A DNA stretch of 64,000 nt from Candidatus Gastranaerophilales bacterium. GTDB lineage: Bacteria; Cyanobacteriota; Vampirovibrionia; Gastranaerophilales; Gastranaerophilaceae. Each line of letters begins with the position of its first letter. The first letter of the stretch is position 1. Shown here in pieces: positions 19,084-28,901 of the stretch. The position numbers and the translations under genes were made by a program. The stretch is taken from positions 7,478 to 71,477 of the forward strand of contig CAAGGG010000068.1 of assembly GCA_900769355.1 (NCBI GenBank), written 5' to 3'. Under the pieces are notes generated by a model. The model made no database searches. It was not told where the DNA came from and saw only the letters and a program-made list of their open reading frames with translations.

Positions 19084-19692
19084 ATGAAAAACGCGTTTAC
19101 ATTGGCAGAAATTCTTATAACAATGGGGATTATTGGCGTTGTTTCGGCAATGACAGTCCCTGCATTAAATCAGAGTTGGCAAAGAGATGCTTATACAACA
19201 CAATTGAGAAAGGTTTATTCTGAAGTTGCTCAGGCAGCAGTTCGTTTAAAAACTGATAAAAACGTTCAATCTTTGGCAGAAGCGAGAATAACTTCAAATA
19301 ATATTAGAGAAGAATTTATACACAAATATTTTGTAGTGTTAAGAGATTGTCCATTAATTACTGGTTGTTTTCCAAATTCATATAAGACGGTAGGCGGTAC
19401 TACAGTAACAACTGATTCAACATCATTTGATACTTGTAGTAGTTCTGTAATTGCAAGTGGTGCTGCATTATGTTATCGAGTTGTTGGCGACCGAATTCGT
19501 ATTATTGTTGATGTTAATGGTACTAAAGATCCTAATATTTTTGGACGTGATGTATTCGCAATGGAGGTTTTACCAAATGGAAAAGTTCAAGATTCTGATA
19601 ATGGATCAGTATTTAATCCAAATGCAACCAGTATTAGGAAGGTTTATGCGTTGGGACGAATAATAAATGATGGTTGGAAGATGACATATTAA
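19084..19692 (+). CDS. Type IV pilin-like protein (short leader)
   Basis: Starts MKNA|FTLAEILITMGIIGVVSAMTVPAL. Motif VDVNGTKDPNIFGRDVF; C-terminal DGWKMTY shared with 50657. Confidence 0.8.
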   Translation: MKNAFTLAEILITMGIIGVVSAMTVPALNQSWQRDAYTTQLRKVYSEVAQAAVRLKTDKNVQSLAEARITSNNIREEFIHKYFVVLRDCPLITGCFPNSYKTVGGTTVTTDSTSFDTCSSSVIASGAALCYRVVGDRIRIIVDVNGTKDPNIFGRDVFAMEVLPNGKVQDSDNGSVFNPNATSIRKVYALGRIINDGWKMTY

Positions 19693-19786
19693 TAAAGTTT
19701 TTACAAAGTATAAAATTTTTATGACTAAAAAAGCTCTCGAATACTCGGGAGCTTTTTGGTGATTATGATTATGATTTAGAGAGTTT

Positions 19787-20419
19787 TTAATTTAGAATAA
19801 ATCCACCTTTATCAGCGTTTTGAAGATTTTCACCTTCTATTTTGGCTCTAAGGTTTTTAATATATTTGTAAACATAATCTCTTGGCAAATCAAGTAATGC
19901 TGCTAAGTCTTTTGCATAAACAATTTTACCTTTGTTTTGTTCAAAATAGTTGAATACACGTTGTTCTCTGTCAGTAAGTGCTTTTTTGAAAACAACTTTA
20001 ACTTCTTCTCTAAGGTTTTCTGCTTTAACAGCCTGTTTTTCTTCATTTTTAGCAACTTTTTTGGCAGAAACTTTAGCTTCTTTTACCTTAGCTTTTTCTG
20101 CTTTTGCTTTTTTTGTTTCTTCGGCTTTTACATCTTCATCAATTTTAATTTTATGAATAGAGAAAGGAGTTGGAGCTATTTCTTGTTCTCTTTCATAAGC
20201 TCTTTCAGCTATAGCACTCAATCTTTCAGCGTGATTTTGTTTCCATTCTGGTTCATTAGAAACAACAGGTTTTCCCTTTAGCACTATATCAATTAAATCG
20301 TTTGTAGGCTTAGCCTCTTCTATCTTTTTCCCTAATCTGGCAGCGAATTCTTCTAATGTAATCTTTTCCAATGAGCTTCTCCATTGTTTAATCTCTTCCT
20401 TGCTCAAGTATTCAGACAT
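19787..20419 (-). CDS. Putative DNA-binding protein with a C-terminal HTH and a KA-rich linker
   Basis: C-terminal LTDREQRVFNYFEQNKGKIVYAKDLAALLDLPRDYVYKYIKNLRAKI is sigma-R4/LuxR-like. A central Lys/Ala/Glu low-complexity segment is present. Confidence 0.5.
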   Translation of the reverse strand: MSEYLSKEEIKQWRSSLEKITLEEFAARLGKKIEEAKPTNDLIDIVLKGKPVVSNEPEWKQNHAERLSAIAERAYEREQEIAPTPFSIHKIKIDEDVKAEETKKAKAEKAKVKEAKVSAKKVAKNEEKQAVKAENLREEVKVVFKKALTDREQRVFNYFEQNKGKIVYAKDLAALLDLPRDYVYKYIKNLRAKIEGENLQNADKGGFILN

Positions 20420-20545
20420 TCACTAATCTCCTATAACTATGTGTCTCTTTCTATTCTTCTAATGTAGCATAAACCATGCTCCATGATTCAAAATGTTTCA
20501 CAACGTAAATTTTTGTTTTTTATTGTAACGTTTTTGTTTTACGAA

Positions 20546-20669
20546 GTCGTTATTCTGAAAGCTTAGAAAAATATTCTAAGCGATTAGCGAAGAATAATTT
20601 TTCTTGCTATTCAGAATCTCTTGCGAAATAGAATAGACTCCGGATCGGAGTCCGGAGTGACAGTTACGG
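20546..20669. repeat. Palindromic repeat unit of the ATTCTGAA...TTCAGAAT + ACTCCGGATCGGAGTCCGGAGTGAC family
   Basis: A second copy lies at 21409-21512, with the shared tail tagactccggatcg(g/t)agtccggagtgac(a/t)gttacg. Confidence 0.7.
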
Positions 20670-20703
20670 TTAGTTGTTTTGCGAAAATTGCAATTATTTT
20701 ATT

Positions 20704-20960
20704 CGTCATTCTTGTATGTGTTAAGTAATTCGTTGACAAAAATTTTAATCAACTACCCACTCTCATTCTCTCCCTAATTGAGGGAGAGAAGCTATACCTT
20801 GCAACTATCTCTGTTTATAATCCTGTATAGCAGCAATTTATGAATTTCAATTTATACAAAACATAAGTCTTCCCTCGGTTAGGGAAGATTTAGATGGGTA
20901 AACAATATTACGAGATAGTCTATTTTGTCAACGAATTACTTAACACATACAAGAATGACG
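20704..20960. mobile_element. 257-bp non-coding MITE-like element with 38-bp perfect terminal inverted repeats
   Basis: Left TIR 20704-20741 (cgtcattcttgtatgtgttaagtaattcgttgacaaaa) is the exact reverse complement of 20923-20960. It contains an internal hairpin repeat (cccactctc..ctctccctaattgagggagagaagct) that is also at 34325-34400. Confidence 0.7.
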
Positions 20961-21040
20961 ACTTCGTAATTATTTTGTAACGCCCCTAGTGCCTTAGTAA
21001 CCTAGTATCTTAATGATTCAGACTTTGCCTCTTCAAAACC

Positions 21041-21274
21041 CTACACTTCAATAAACAATCTTTGACCGACGATGTTTTGTTTTCCGTTGTAATAGCCAGC
21101 AAAGTATCCCCCTCGAACAGGTGCGTTTTTTGCATAAGCATTCAAACTGTGTCCGTTGTAGCTTACAAACGGATTGTTGCTATATGGGTTGCTTGATGCA
21201 CTTCTTGTCGGAGTTACGACCTGTGTTGTTTGCGGAACAAACATTTGTGATAATAAATTTACAATACCTGCCAT
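21041..21274 (-). CDS. Small hypothetical protein (77 aa)
   Basis: ORF sitting between repeat elements with no recognisable motif. Confidence 0.25.
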   Translation of the reverse strand: MAGIVNLLSQMFVPQTTQVVTPTRSASSNPYSNNPFVSYNGHSLNAYAKNAPVRGGYFAGYYNGKQNIVGQRLFIEV

Positions 21275-21408
21275 TTCTACCTCACTTACAATAAAAGATT
21301 AATTATAATTTCATCTTTGTCATTATTATAGCATAAGTTTTAAGAAATTATTAATAAATCTTAATAAAATCAGCTAAATAGAGTAAAGAGGGTGGGTAAA
21401 TATTTATT

Positions 21409-21512
21409 GTCATTCTGAAAAGACTGAAAATCAAGCGTGTAGCGTCGATTTTCGTCTTATTCAGAATCTACTATTAATAGACTCCGGATCGTAGTCCGGA
21501 GTGACTGTTACG
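21409..21512. repeat. Second copy of the palindromic repeat unit (see 20546-20669)
   Basis: gtcattctgaaaagac...gtcttattcagaatc hairpin followed by the actccggatcgtagtccggagtgactgttacg tail. Confidence 0.7.
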
Positions 21513-21588
21513 TTAAAGTAGCAAACCCAAATTACACCAATATTGAATGAAATATCGGAAAACAATCCAATTGAAAAATTTTACATAA

Positions 21589-23777
21589 CTAATTCATCTT
21601 CAAAGTTTGCAAGGCGATTTTTTCTGCATTATTTGCGCGCATCATTGCTGCGTCCGCTGCTGAGGTGTCCGTTTGATTATTTACGACAACGCCTTGTGGA
21701 GATGGAATATATGTTCTAACAGGTTCTGTCGGCTTGTTTGTCGGAGTGTTATTTACTGTGTTTGTTGTTGTTGTAGTCGTTGTTGTGTTTTGTGCACCAT
21801 TTTGAGGTTGATTTTTATATCTGTTCAACAAGTTTGATGGACTCTGTTGACCGGTTATTGTTCGTGTATTTTGACTTGTTTGTGTTGTTGTTTGTTGCGG
21901 AGCTTGCTGTTGAGCCTGTTGCATTTGTTGAAGTTGTTGTGCTTGAAGAGCTTCGGCTTGTTTTTTTGCAGCTTCTTCTTCCTTCCCTTCATCAAGAATA
22001 GATTTTTTCGGTTTGCCGAACAACAAGTGAGATCCTTTTACGGCAATCTTGTTGAACATTGGAAGCAAAATCATCATACCCAAAATAATTCTCATTGGAT
22101 ACCCAGCCATCTGTTTCATTCCGAATTTAGGGTGTCTGAACAGGTCTTTAATTTTGTCGAATACTCCGTTTCTAACAACTGCCTTTTTGTCGTAAGGTCT
22201 AATTTGTTCCAAGCCAACTGTTACAGTACGTCCGATACTTTTTAACAATTTTGTAAATGGATTTTTAATGCCAGCATTACGCAATGTTTTCAAGTTGTTA
22301 CGAGAAGCCTTCCAAGCTGCTTTATCTTTAAATCCACCAGCCATAGCTGTTTCGTTGTGGAGTTTTAAAGCTTTTCTGTATGTATCTAGTTTTTGCTTAT
22401 CCATACCAATGTATTGCAAGCCACCAATGTGGTGCATTAGTTTAAGCGCAAATGGCATACAAACGAAGAATGAAATCATTTCTGTGAAACGTTCCATAAA
22501 TGACTTGAATTTTTCTCCGCCGCCACCTTCTGTTTTAACCGTTTTATAAATTACGTCAGCCAAATATCCGGCTTGCATAATCGCAACAAGTTTTCCACCA
22601 GCAACTCGGTTTGTCGCACCTTCAAGAATCATATTAGAGTATTTCAATAGCCCTTTCCCAAAAGCTGTTTTAGGTAATTTTTTGTCTAATCCAAGTTTTT
22701 TTACAACTTTATGAAGTTCTGGGTTTTCTGCGGGATCATAATTTCCAAGTGATGCCGCAAATTTATTCGCAAATTCTGTTGTGTGTACTTCTCGGCCAAA
22801 TAAGAATTTTTTAATTTTACCAGCCATACTAGAATTAGAACCCCAAATTCTTGCTAACATATTTTTATTAGCATTGTTTGTTGCTTCTAGTATTTCAGGC
22901 AGATATTTGTGGTGTTCTTTTACAATTTTTTCATAAGTTGCAAAATCTTTGAAGCCCCATTCAAAAGCTTTCATGTCTTTTAGTTTTGCGAGTTTAGCTT
23001 CAGGTGTCAAAGCTTTGAAATCCGCAATTTTTTGCGTAATTTGTGCAGGGGTTAAATTCTTTCTTGAATTTTTCAAAATTGTTTCAACCTCTGCATTTTG
23101 AAGAATTTCTGCACGAGCTTCTTTGGTTGTTGCATTAGAAATTGCGTTTTTAAATTTTTTGATTTCATCAGGCGTTGCACCATAACAATCAAGGTCTTCA
23201 ACGTGTTTTAATGCATCAGTAAATTTTTCGCCAGGTTGCCCATAATCTTGCATTAAGATTCCTGACATACTCATATATTGGTCCAGAACTATGCCAAGTT
23301 CTGGACGAGATGGTGTATATGCAAAAGCTTGTAAAATTTTTGATTTCCCAACAATATTATTTTTTATGAATTTTTTTACACTATTATAGCCACTTGCAAT
23401 TGATTGGCCAAAAGATGATTTCGCAAATTTGTTTTGTGTTGTGAAATCTGCAATGTCATCACCAAATTTACCTATTTTGTGAAGGACTGTATCGTTAAAA
23501 TCGCCACGACATTTTTTGTTGTAATAATCCATACCCTGAGAAATCGCGAACCAGGTAGGTACTGCAATTGCGCCTGTAGCAAGCATTCCCTTTGGATCGT
23601 CAGCTGTTTCGGCAACTCTGCCACCAACGTACGAATCTTGAATATTTTGCTTCAACAACTCAGGATTAGCCTGCATGCTCTGCTGGTTTTGGTTTGTAAT
23701 ACCAGCTGCTTGAGCTTGCGACATTGCCTGAAATTGAGGTATTTGTTGTTTTTTAGTCAAATCGTTGTCGAGCATAA
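21589..23777 (-). CDS. Large hypothetical membrane-associated protein with a Gln/Thr-rich low-complexity C-terminus
   Basis: Start placed at MLDNDLTKKQQ (SD AGGATAA). About 730 aa with internal hydrophobic segments and no recognised domain. The track's extra N-terminal extension is rejected. Confidence 0.5.
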
Positions 23778-23944
23778 TTATCCTATTTTTCCCTATACAA
23801 TTATAAAAACAAAAAACGTGGAAATATTGCCTTTTTAAAAGCTTTGTAAAGAAATGTAACAAACTAATGAGTTTGTGAAATTTAAGAAGTTGTATATACT
23901 TTATATATACACAAGCACTTAATAAGAAGAATGAGAGGCATAAA

Positions 23945-24109
23945 ATGGCAGTAGCAAATTTGAAAAAAATTGATGACAAACTTAAAAACATTTATGAAAA
24001 TCAAGTTACAGTCAACAATAATCAGCCATTTGAAGATCGGTCAGAACTTTTATTTGCCCAGATGAATTTCATCGCAATGGCAAACAAACAAGCTTTACAT
24101 TTAATCTAA
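23945..24109 (+). CDS. Possible small ORF (54 aa)
   Basis: ATG preceded by GAGAGG, below the track's length cutoff and with no recognised motifs. Confidence 0.2.
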   Translation: MAVANLKKIDDKLKNIYENQVTVNNNQPFEDRSELLFAQMNFIAMANKQALHLI

Positions 24110-24197
24110 CATTTTAACTCCAATTTATTTTTCCCCTACAAATTTTTACCTGATTTCGCTTTTGAAATCAGGTTTTCTTTATGGAATGTTTTGGATT

Positions 24198-24270
24198 TCG
24201 ACCCCTCTCCCGAATTCGTAATGTTCACTAGCGTTCGCAAACGACTTCGACCTCTTCCCTTGGAGAGGTG
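24198..24270. repeat. Roughly 72-bp GC-rich hairpin repeat (cccctctcccgaattcgtaatg..cttcccttggagaggtg), copy 1
   Basis: Near-identical copy at 24746-24816, a diverged copy at 24890-24958, and inverted partial copies at 24320-24350 and 24860-24888. Confidence 0.75.
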
Positions 24271-24361
24271 TGTTTAACAAGCTATTCTCGCCTAGGGAGA
24301 GAAAGTAGCCGTTTGAGCGGAGCGAATTACGGATACAAGAGAGGGGTTAATAGGTTTTGGG

Positions 24362-24703
24362 TTAAATCATCAACCTTCTTATATATTCTAAAACTCCTTC
24401 TAAATTATTAATATTATCGTTAGTAATTCTTACAACTTTATATCCTTTACTTGCAAGATATTCATCGCGTTCTTTGTCATAATTGCTGTTTTCAAAATGC
24501 TGAGAACCATCTAATTCAATAATCAACTTATTATCTGTACATAAAAAATCTACTATATAATTTTCAATAGGTACTTGTCTTTTGAATTTAAATCCCAAAA
24601 ATCGTTTTGCTCTTAAATTTTGCCATAGTAATAGTTCAAAGTCAGTCATGTTTTGTCTTAAATCTTTGGCATAATTTAGGATTTTTTTGTTTTGCTTTTT
24701 CAT
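24362..24703 (-). CDS. DUF559 / Vsr-like endonuclease-domain protein
   Basis: 113 aa. Motifs LWQ.LR...GFKFKRQ, IVDF.C....LIIELDG..H and YLASKGYKVVRI are typical of DUF559. Confidence 0.65.
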   Translation of the reverse strand: MKKQNKKILNYAKDLRQNMTDFELLLWQNLRAKRFLGFKFKRQVPIENYIVDFLCTDNKLIIELDGSQHFENSNYDKERDEYLASKGYKVVRITNDNINNLEGVLEYIRRLMI

Positions 24704-24745
24704 TGGCTGAATTATAGCATGAAATTGTTTTGTTGTTAATTAGCT

Positions 24746-24816
24746 AACCCCTCTCCCGAATTCGTAATGCTCACTAGCGTTCGCAAACGACTTCGACCTC
24801 TTCCCTTGGAGAGGTA
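24746..24816. repeat. Copy 2 of the roughly 72-bp hairpin repeat flanking DUF559
   Basis: See 24198-24270. Confidence 0.75.
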
Positions 24817-25042
24817 AATTTGTCTAAAATAGTAGCAATGCAAAGGTTCTCTCTCCTAGGGAGAGAGCTAGAGAGAGGGGGGAATTCATTCGACCCCTCT
24901 CCCGCAGTCATAATGATTACAGCAGTTCGCGAAGAACTTCGACCTTTCGAGAGGTGTGTTTTTATATAAAACAAATAGAGACTCAGTGAAAACCGAGTCT
25001 CTATTACATGTTTTTGAATTAGCTTGACTAATTCTATACTTT

Positions 25043-25678
25043 CTATTTGCCGTACAATACAGCTCTTGCTGCTGGAGAGTTAGGTAAAATTGTTTGGTCA
25101 TAGAATTTAACAGGATAAATATCTGTTGGGCTAGACACTTTACATGAATCGCCAGATGTGCTAGAGTCGCAAGCAACGATTTTGTTAGGACCTTTTTGTC
25201 CGTTTACGTCAATGAAACCTTTACAAATGTGTCTAGTTGCACCAGAGTTATCCGGGTCGTCAGTACAAGCAGCTGAAGAATTAGGGAATGTAAATGTAAC
25301 ACCATCATTAAAGAATAATGCAGTGTTTGCTTCATCTTTTGTAGGAGCTCCTGTTCCTGACATTGTGTATGCTGTATCAGCGTTACCAAGAGCAGCTCTA
25401 ACTACGTTCATTCTTGCATTTAAGATGTTTGCAACAGAGTTTGCTGTTGTTGTTGCCCCAGCAGTACCTGCTACTGAGTCTGCAAAGCTAGCGCCGTCAA
25501 GTGCTACGTTCAATGTTACACCTTGAGAAATTGCTGATAAAGCTTTTTTGTAGGCTGCTTTATATTGAGCACCTTGAGTTGAGTTCATCAATGTAGGCAT
25601 TGTCATTGCAGCTACAACACCGATGATACCTAATGTAATCAACACTTCTGCAAGTGTGAAACCGAATCTTTTTGTCAT
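25043..25678 (-). CDS. Type IV pilin-like protein (short leader MTKRFG|FTLAEVLITLG)
   Basis: N-terminal class III signal with Glu+5. Motif IDVNGQKGPNKIV. Confidence 0.8.
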   Translation of the reverse strand: MTKRFGFTLAEVLITLGIIGVVAAMTMPTLMNSTQGAQYKAAYKKALSAISQGVTLNVALDGASFADSVAGTAGATTTANSVANILNARMNVVRAALGNADTAYTMSGTGAPTKDEANTALFFNDGVTFTFPNSSAACTDDPDNSGATRHICKGFIDVNGQKGPNKIVACDSSTSGDSCKVSSPTDIYPVKFYDQTILPNSPAARAVLYGK

Positions 25679-25992
25679 AATCTTTTCACCTTTCTTTTTT
25701 GTAAAACTTTCTGATTTCTCAAAATGTTTTACGCTCTTATCTCTCTTTATATTAATCTCGTCCATTTAAAATCGTGGATATGCATAAAAACTTTTTTCCG
25801 AAATCTTTTTGTACTCTCATTTTATAGTATTTCCCAATTTTTGTCAATACTTTATTACTAATTATTAATTAATTTTAACTAATTCTAAAGAACTACTTTT
25901 TGTTTCCTTGAAAAAAAATATCTGTCATGGTAATATCTTTTTGCGCGGAAATGCGTAGGATAGAGAGATATGTTATTTAAGAAGGGGTAAGC

Positions 25993-27876
25993 ATGACTTG
26001 TACATTAGAACACAAATCAAACGTTTTTACTGATGGAGCTAAAAAAACAATTAGAAAAGCTCTCAAAGTTTTGGGCAAAAAAAATCTTGCATTTATTATG
26101 CATAATGGAAGTTTCCCGTCTGTTGAAGGGCAAAACACCGGTTTTGGCAGTATAAATTCAGATGCCGGTAAGGAATTTATTGAATATGCATCAGGTTTGT
26201 TTGACGCAATTCAGCTCGGACCTGCTGGAAAAACGAAGTCTTGTGATTCTTCACCGTATACAGGTACGATTTTCTCTGATAATCCATTATTTATTAACCT
26301 GAAAGAATTGACCACAAAAACTTGGGGTAAAATTCTCTCAGAAGAAACATATAACGATATTGTAGCTTCTAATCCAAATAAAGATACAAATAAAACAGCT
26401 TATACATATATATATAAAAGACAAAATGAAGCTCTTCAAGAAGCATGGAACAATTTTAAGGCTAAACCTGACAAAAAACTTGTCAAAGAATTTGAGCATT
26501 TCAAAAAAGAAAATGATTTTTGGTTAGATAAAGATAGTTTGTACGAAGCATTGTCTGTTGAGCATGGTAACGATTACTGGCCTATGTGGAAGTCAGAAAC
26601 TGACAAAAACTTGTTCAATCCTCAATCTAACGAAGAAAGAATGCAGTTTGGTGATAGAATTAAAGAAATTGAAACAAAATATGCAGATGTAATTGAAGCT
26701 TACAAGTTCGTTCAATTTGTTATAAGCAAACAAAACGAAGAAACTCGTAAATTCGCCAAAAAACATGATATTAAAATGATTGCAGACAGACAAGTTGCTT
26801 TTTCAGATCGTGATTGCTGGGCGTATCAATCATTATTCTTAAAAGGTTGGTGTTTAGGTTGCCCTCCTGATTATTTCTCAAAAGACGGTCAGGCTTGGGG
26901 ATTTCCTGTAATGGATCCTGATAGAATGTACAATGCTGACGGTTCATTAGATGAAGGCGGACAATTATTAAAGAATTTATACAAAAAAATGTTTAGAGAA
27001 AACCCTGGTGGTGTCCGTATCGACCACATTGTAGGTTTGATTGACCCTTGGGTTTACAAACAAGGCAAAAAGCCGAAAATTGAACAAGGTGCAGGCAGAT
27101 TGTATTCATCTCCTGAGCACCCGGAACTTGCAAAATATGCGATTGCAAAATTGGAAGATTTAGATACTGAATTAACAGCAGACAAAGAAAAACGTGTAAA
27201 AACACTTAGCAAAGACCAAATTAAGGCTTATGGCAGACTAATCGAAAAAATCGTTATTGCCGCTGCAAAAGAAGAAGGTTTGAACAAAGATGCAATTGTT
27301 TGCGAGGACTTGGGAACTTTGACAAATCCTGTTGCTGCGGTTATGAAAGAATTTGGTTTGCAAGGAATGAAACTTACTCAGTTTGTAGAAGCTGACAAGC
27401 CGAAAGATCCTTACAGATGCTGCAATATTGACAATCGTTGTTGGGCAATGGTTGGAACTCATGACAACGAGCCGATTAAAATGTGGGCTAACGAAAATAT
27501 TCACAGTCACGTTGGCTATTTGCATGCTAAAAACCTTGTTGATGACTTGTTTGCAGAAGCAGAAAACAAAGATGATATCATCGTTCGCTTAACAGATGAT
27601 GCAGACTTTTTAGCACAAACTAAATTGGTTGAACTGTTTGCGTCTAAGGCAGAAAATATTCAAATTTTCTTTACTGATTATTTTAATATTTATGACGTAT
27701 ACAACCGTCCTGGAACAGCAGGTGATGCAAACTGGAGCTTGAGATTGCCGAACAACTACAAGGAATTGAATGCGATTAATCTTGCAAATATCTTGAAGTT
27801 GGCAATTGAAGCACGCGGACACGAATTTGCGGAAAAAAATAAAAAGGTGATTGAAAAATTAGAAGAAATTATCTAA
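25993..27876 (+). CDS. malQ: 4-alpha-glucanotransferase (amylomaltase, GH77)
   Basis: Motifs SPYTGTIFSDNPLFINL, GVRIDHIVGLIDPWVY and WGFPVMDPDRM. Confidence 0.8.
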   Translation: MTCTLEHKSNVFTDGAKKTIRKALKVLGKKNLAFIMHNGSFPSVEGQNTGFGSINSDAGKEFIEYASGLFDAIQLGPAGKTKSCDSSPYTGTIFSDNPLFINLKELTTKTWGKILSEETYNDIVASNPNKDTNKTAYTYIYKRQNEALQEAWNNFKAKPDKKLVKEFEHFKKENDFWLDKDSLYEALSVEHGNDYWPMWKSETDKNLFNPQSNEERMQFGDRIKEIETKYADVIEAYKFVQFVISKQNEETRKFAKKHDIKMIADRQVAFSDRDCWAYQSLFLKGWCLGCPPDYFSKDGQAWGFPVMDPDRMYNADGSLDEGGQLLKNLYKKMFRENPGGVRIDHIVGLIDPWVYKQGKKPKIEQGAGRLYSSPEHPELAKYAIAKLEDLDTELTADKEKRVKTLSKDQIKAYGRLIEKIVIAAAKEEGLNKDAIVCEDLGTLTNPVAAVMKEFGLQGMKLTQFVEADKPKDPYRCCNIDNRCWAMVGTHDNEPIKMWANENIHSHVGYLHAKNLVDDLFAEAENKDDIIVRLTDDADFLAQTKLVELFASKAENIQIFFTDYFNIYDVYNRPGTAGDANWSLRLPNNYKELNAINLANILKLAIEARGHEFAEKNKKVIEKLEEII

Positions 27877-27900
27877 TAATTTATAAGTTGAAAAAATAAT

Positions 27901-27937
27901 GCCCTCTCCGTTGAGAGAGGGCATTTATCAAAAATTT
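27901..27937 (+). terminator. Putative intrinsic terminator after malQ
   Basis: GCCCTCTC-cgttga-GAGAGGGC stem followed by an ATTTAT-rich tail. Confidence 0.5.
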
Positions 27938-27952
27938 TAAGGAGGTTCAACA

Positions 27953-28819
27953 GTGAAAATGAAAAAACTGCTAATAACTTTGTTAGTCTTGACAAGTACA
28001 TGCCTCTGCGCATTTGCTGATTTTGACGAGTATTATGAACCTTCGACCGAGGCAAAACTTCAATATAATCAAGGTGTTGACTATTACAAAATCGGGCAAT
28101 ACGACAGGGCAATGGCATCTTTTAGGCAAGCCATCGAGCTTGATCCGAATTATATTGATGCCTATTATAATCTCGGGACAATTTTGGAGTATTTAAAGCA
28201 AGATGATGCAGCACTTGCGGTGTTTAAGCAAATAATTGTACGCAATCCAAATGATTACGAGTCTGTTTACAAAGCAGCTCAACTCAGCAACAAGCTTGGA
28301 CAAACAGCGAAGGCAAAGTCTTATTTGTCACTAATTCCACCTGAAAGTGCGGTTTATACAAAAGCGCAATCCGTTGCAACGTCAATGGGGGCGGATATGC
28401 AAACCATTAAAGCCGAAGAGGCAAAGGTAAATTCTGCAGTTGAGGCTCCAAAAATTCCTGAAACAAACGGAATGTACAATAATATTACAAGTCCGACGGG
28501 AGTTACGACTGATAGTAAGGGAAATCTTTATGTAGCTTGTTTTTCTGACAATATGGTTTACAAAATTACACCTGACGAAAAACGTATTGTTTACGTAAAA
28601 GATTCTCGTATAAATGGACCAATTGCACTTGCCAGTGATGATGTCGGAAATATTTATGTTTCAAATTACAACAGTAACAATGTTGTAAAAATTTCACCGA
28701 CCGGGGTTGTGTCTGTACAGGTTTCAAACATTCAAAAGCCTTACGGTTTGCATGTAAAAGGCGATTTGTTGTTTGTTTCTTCTCAAGGAAGTAATTCTGT
28801 GTTGAGGTATAAGTTGTAG
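27953..28819 (+). CDS. Secreted/lipoprotein with N-terminal TPR repeats and C-terminal NHL (beta-propeller) repeats
   Basis: Signal peptide ending in a Cys lipobox-like (LTSTCLC). TPR segment AIELDPNYIDAYYNLG. NHL-like segments GNLYVACFSDNMVYKI and GNIYVSNYNSNNVVKI. Confidence 0.65.
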   Translation: MKMKKLLITLLVLTSTCLCAFADFDEYYEPSTEAKLQYNQGVDYYKIGQYDRAMASFRQAIELDPNYIDAYYNLGTILEYLKQDDAALAVFKQIIVRNPNDYESVYKAAQLSNKLGQTAKAKSYLSLIPPESAVYTKAQSVATSMGADMQTIKAEEAKVNSAVEAPKIPETNGMYNNITSPTGVTTDSKGNLYVACFSDNMVYKITPDEKRIVYVKDSRINGPIALASDDVGNIYVSNYNSNNVVKISPTGVVSVQVSNIQKPYGLHVKGDLLFVSSQGSNSVLRYKL

Positions 28820-28901
28820 AACCCCAGGTCGTTCAATTATTAACAATTCATGATGGCGGGGTAAGTACCTCGCCATACTTTTACATTATGAATGATGAAA
28901 T

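Noticed and set aside
19937-20281. Phe-rich plus-strand ORFs antisense to the 19787-20419 gene
   Set aside because: They are low-complexity translations of the KA-rich linker read on the opposite strand.
23778-23991. N-terminal extension (MFLSLSSIFFKFATAILCLS...) of the large 21589 gene
   Set aside because: The extension is an AT-rich promoter-like region. A good SD/ATG is present at MLDNDL (23777).
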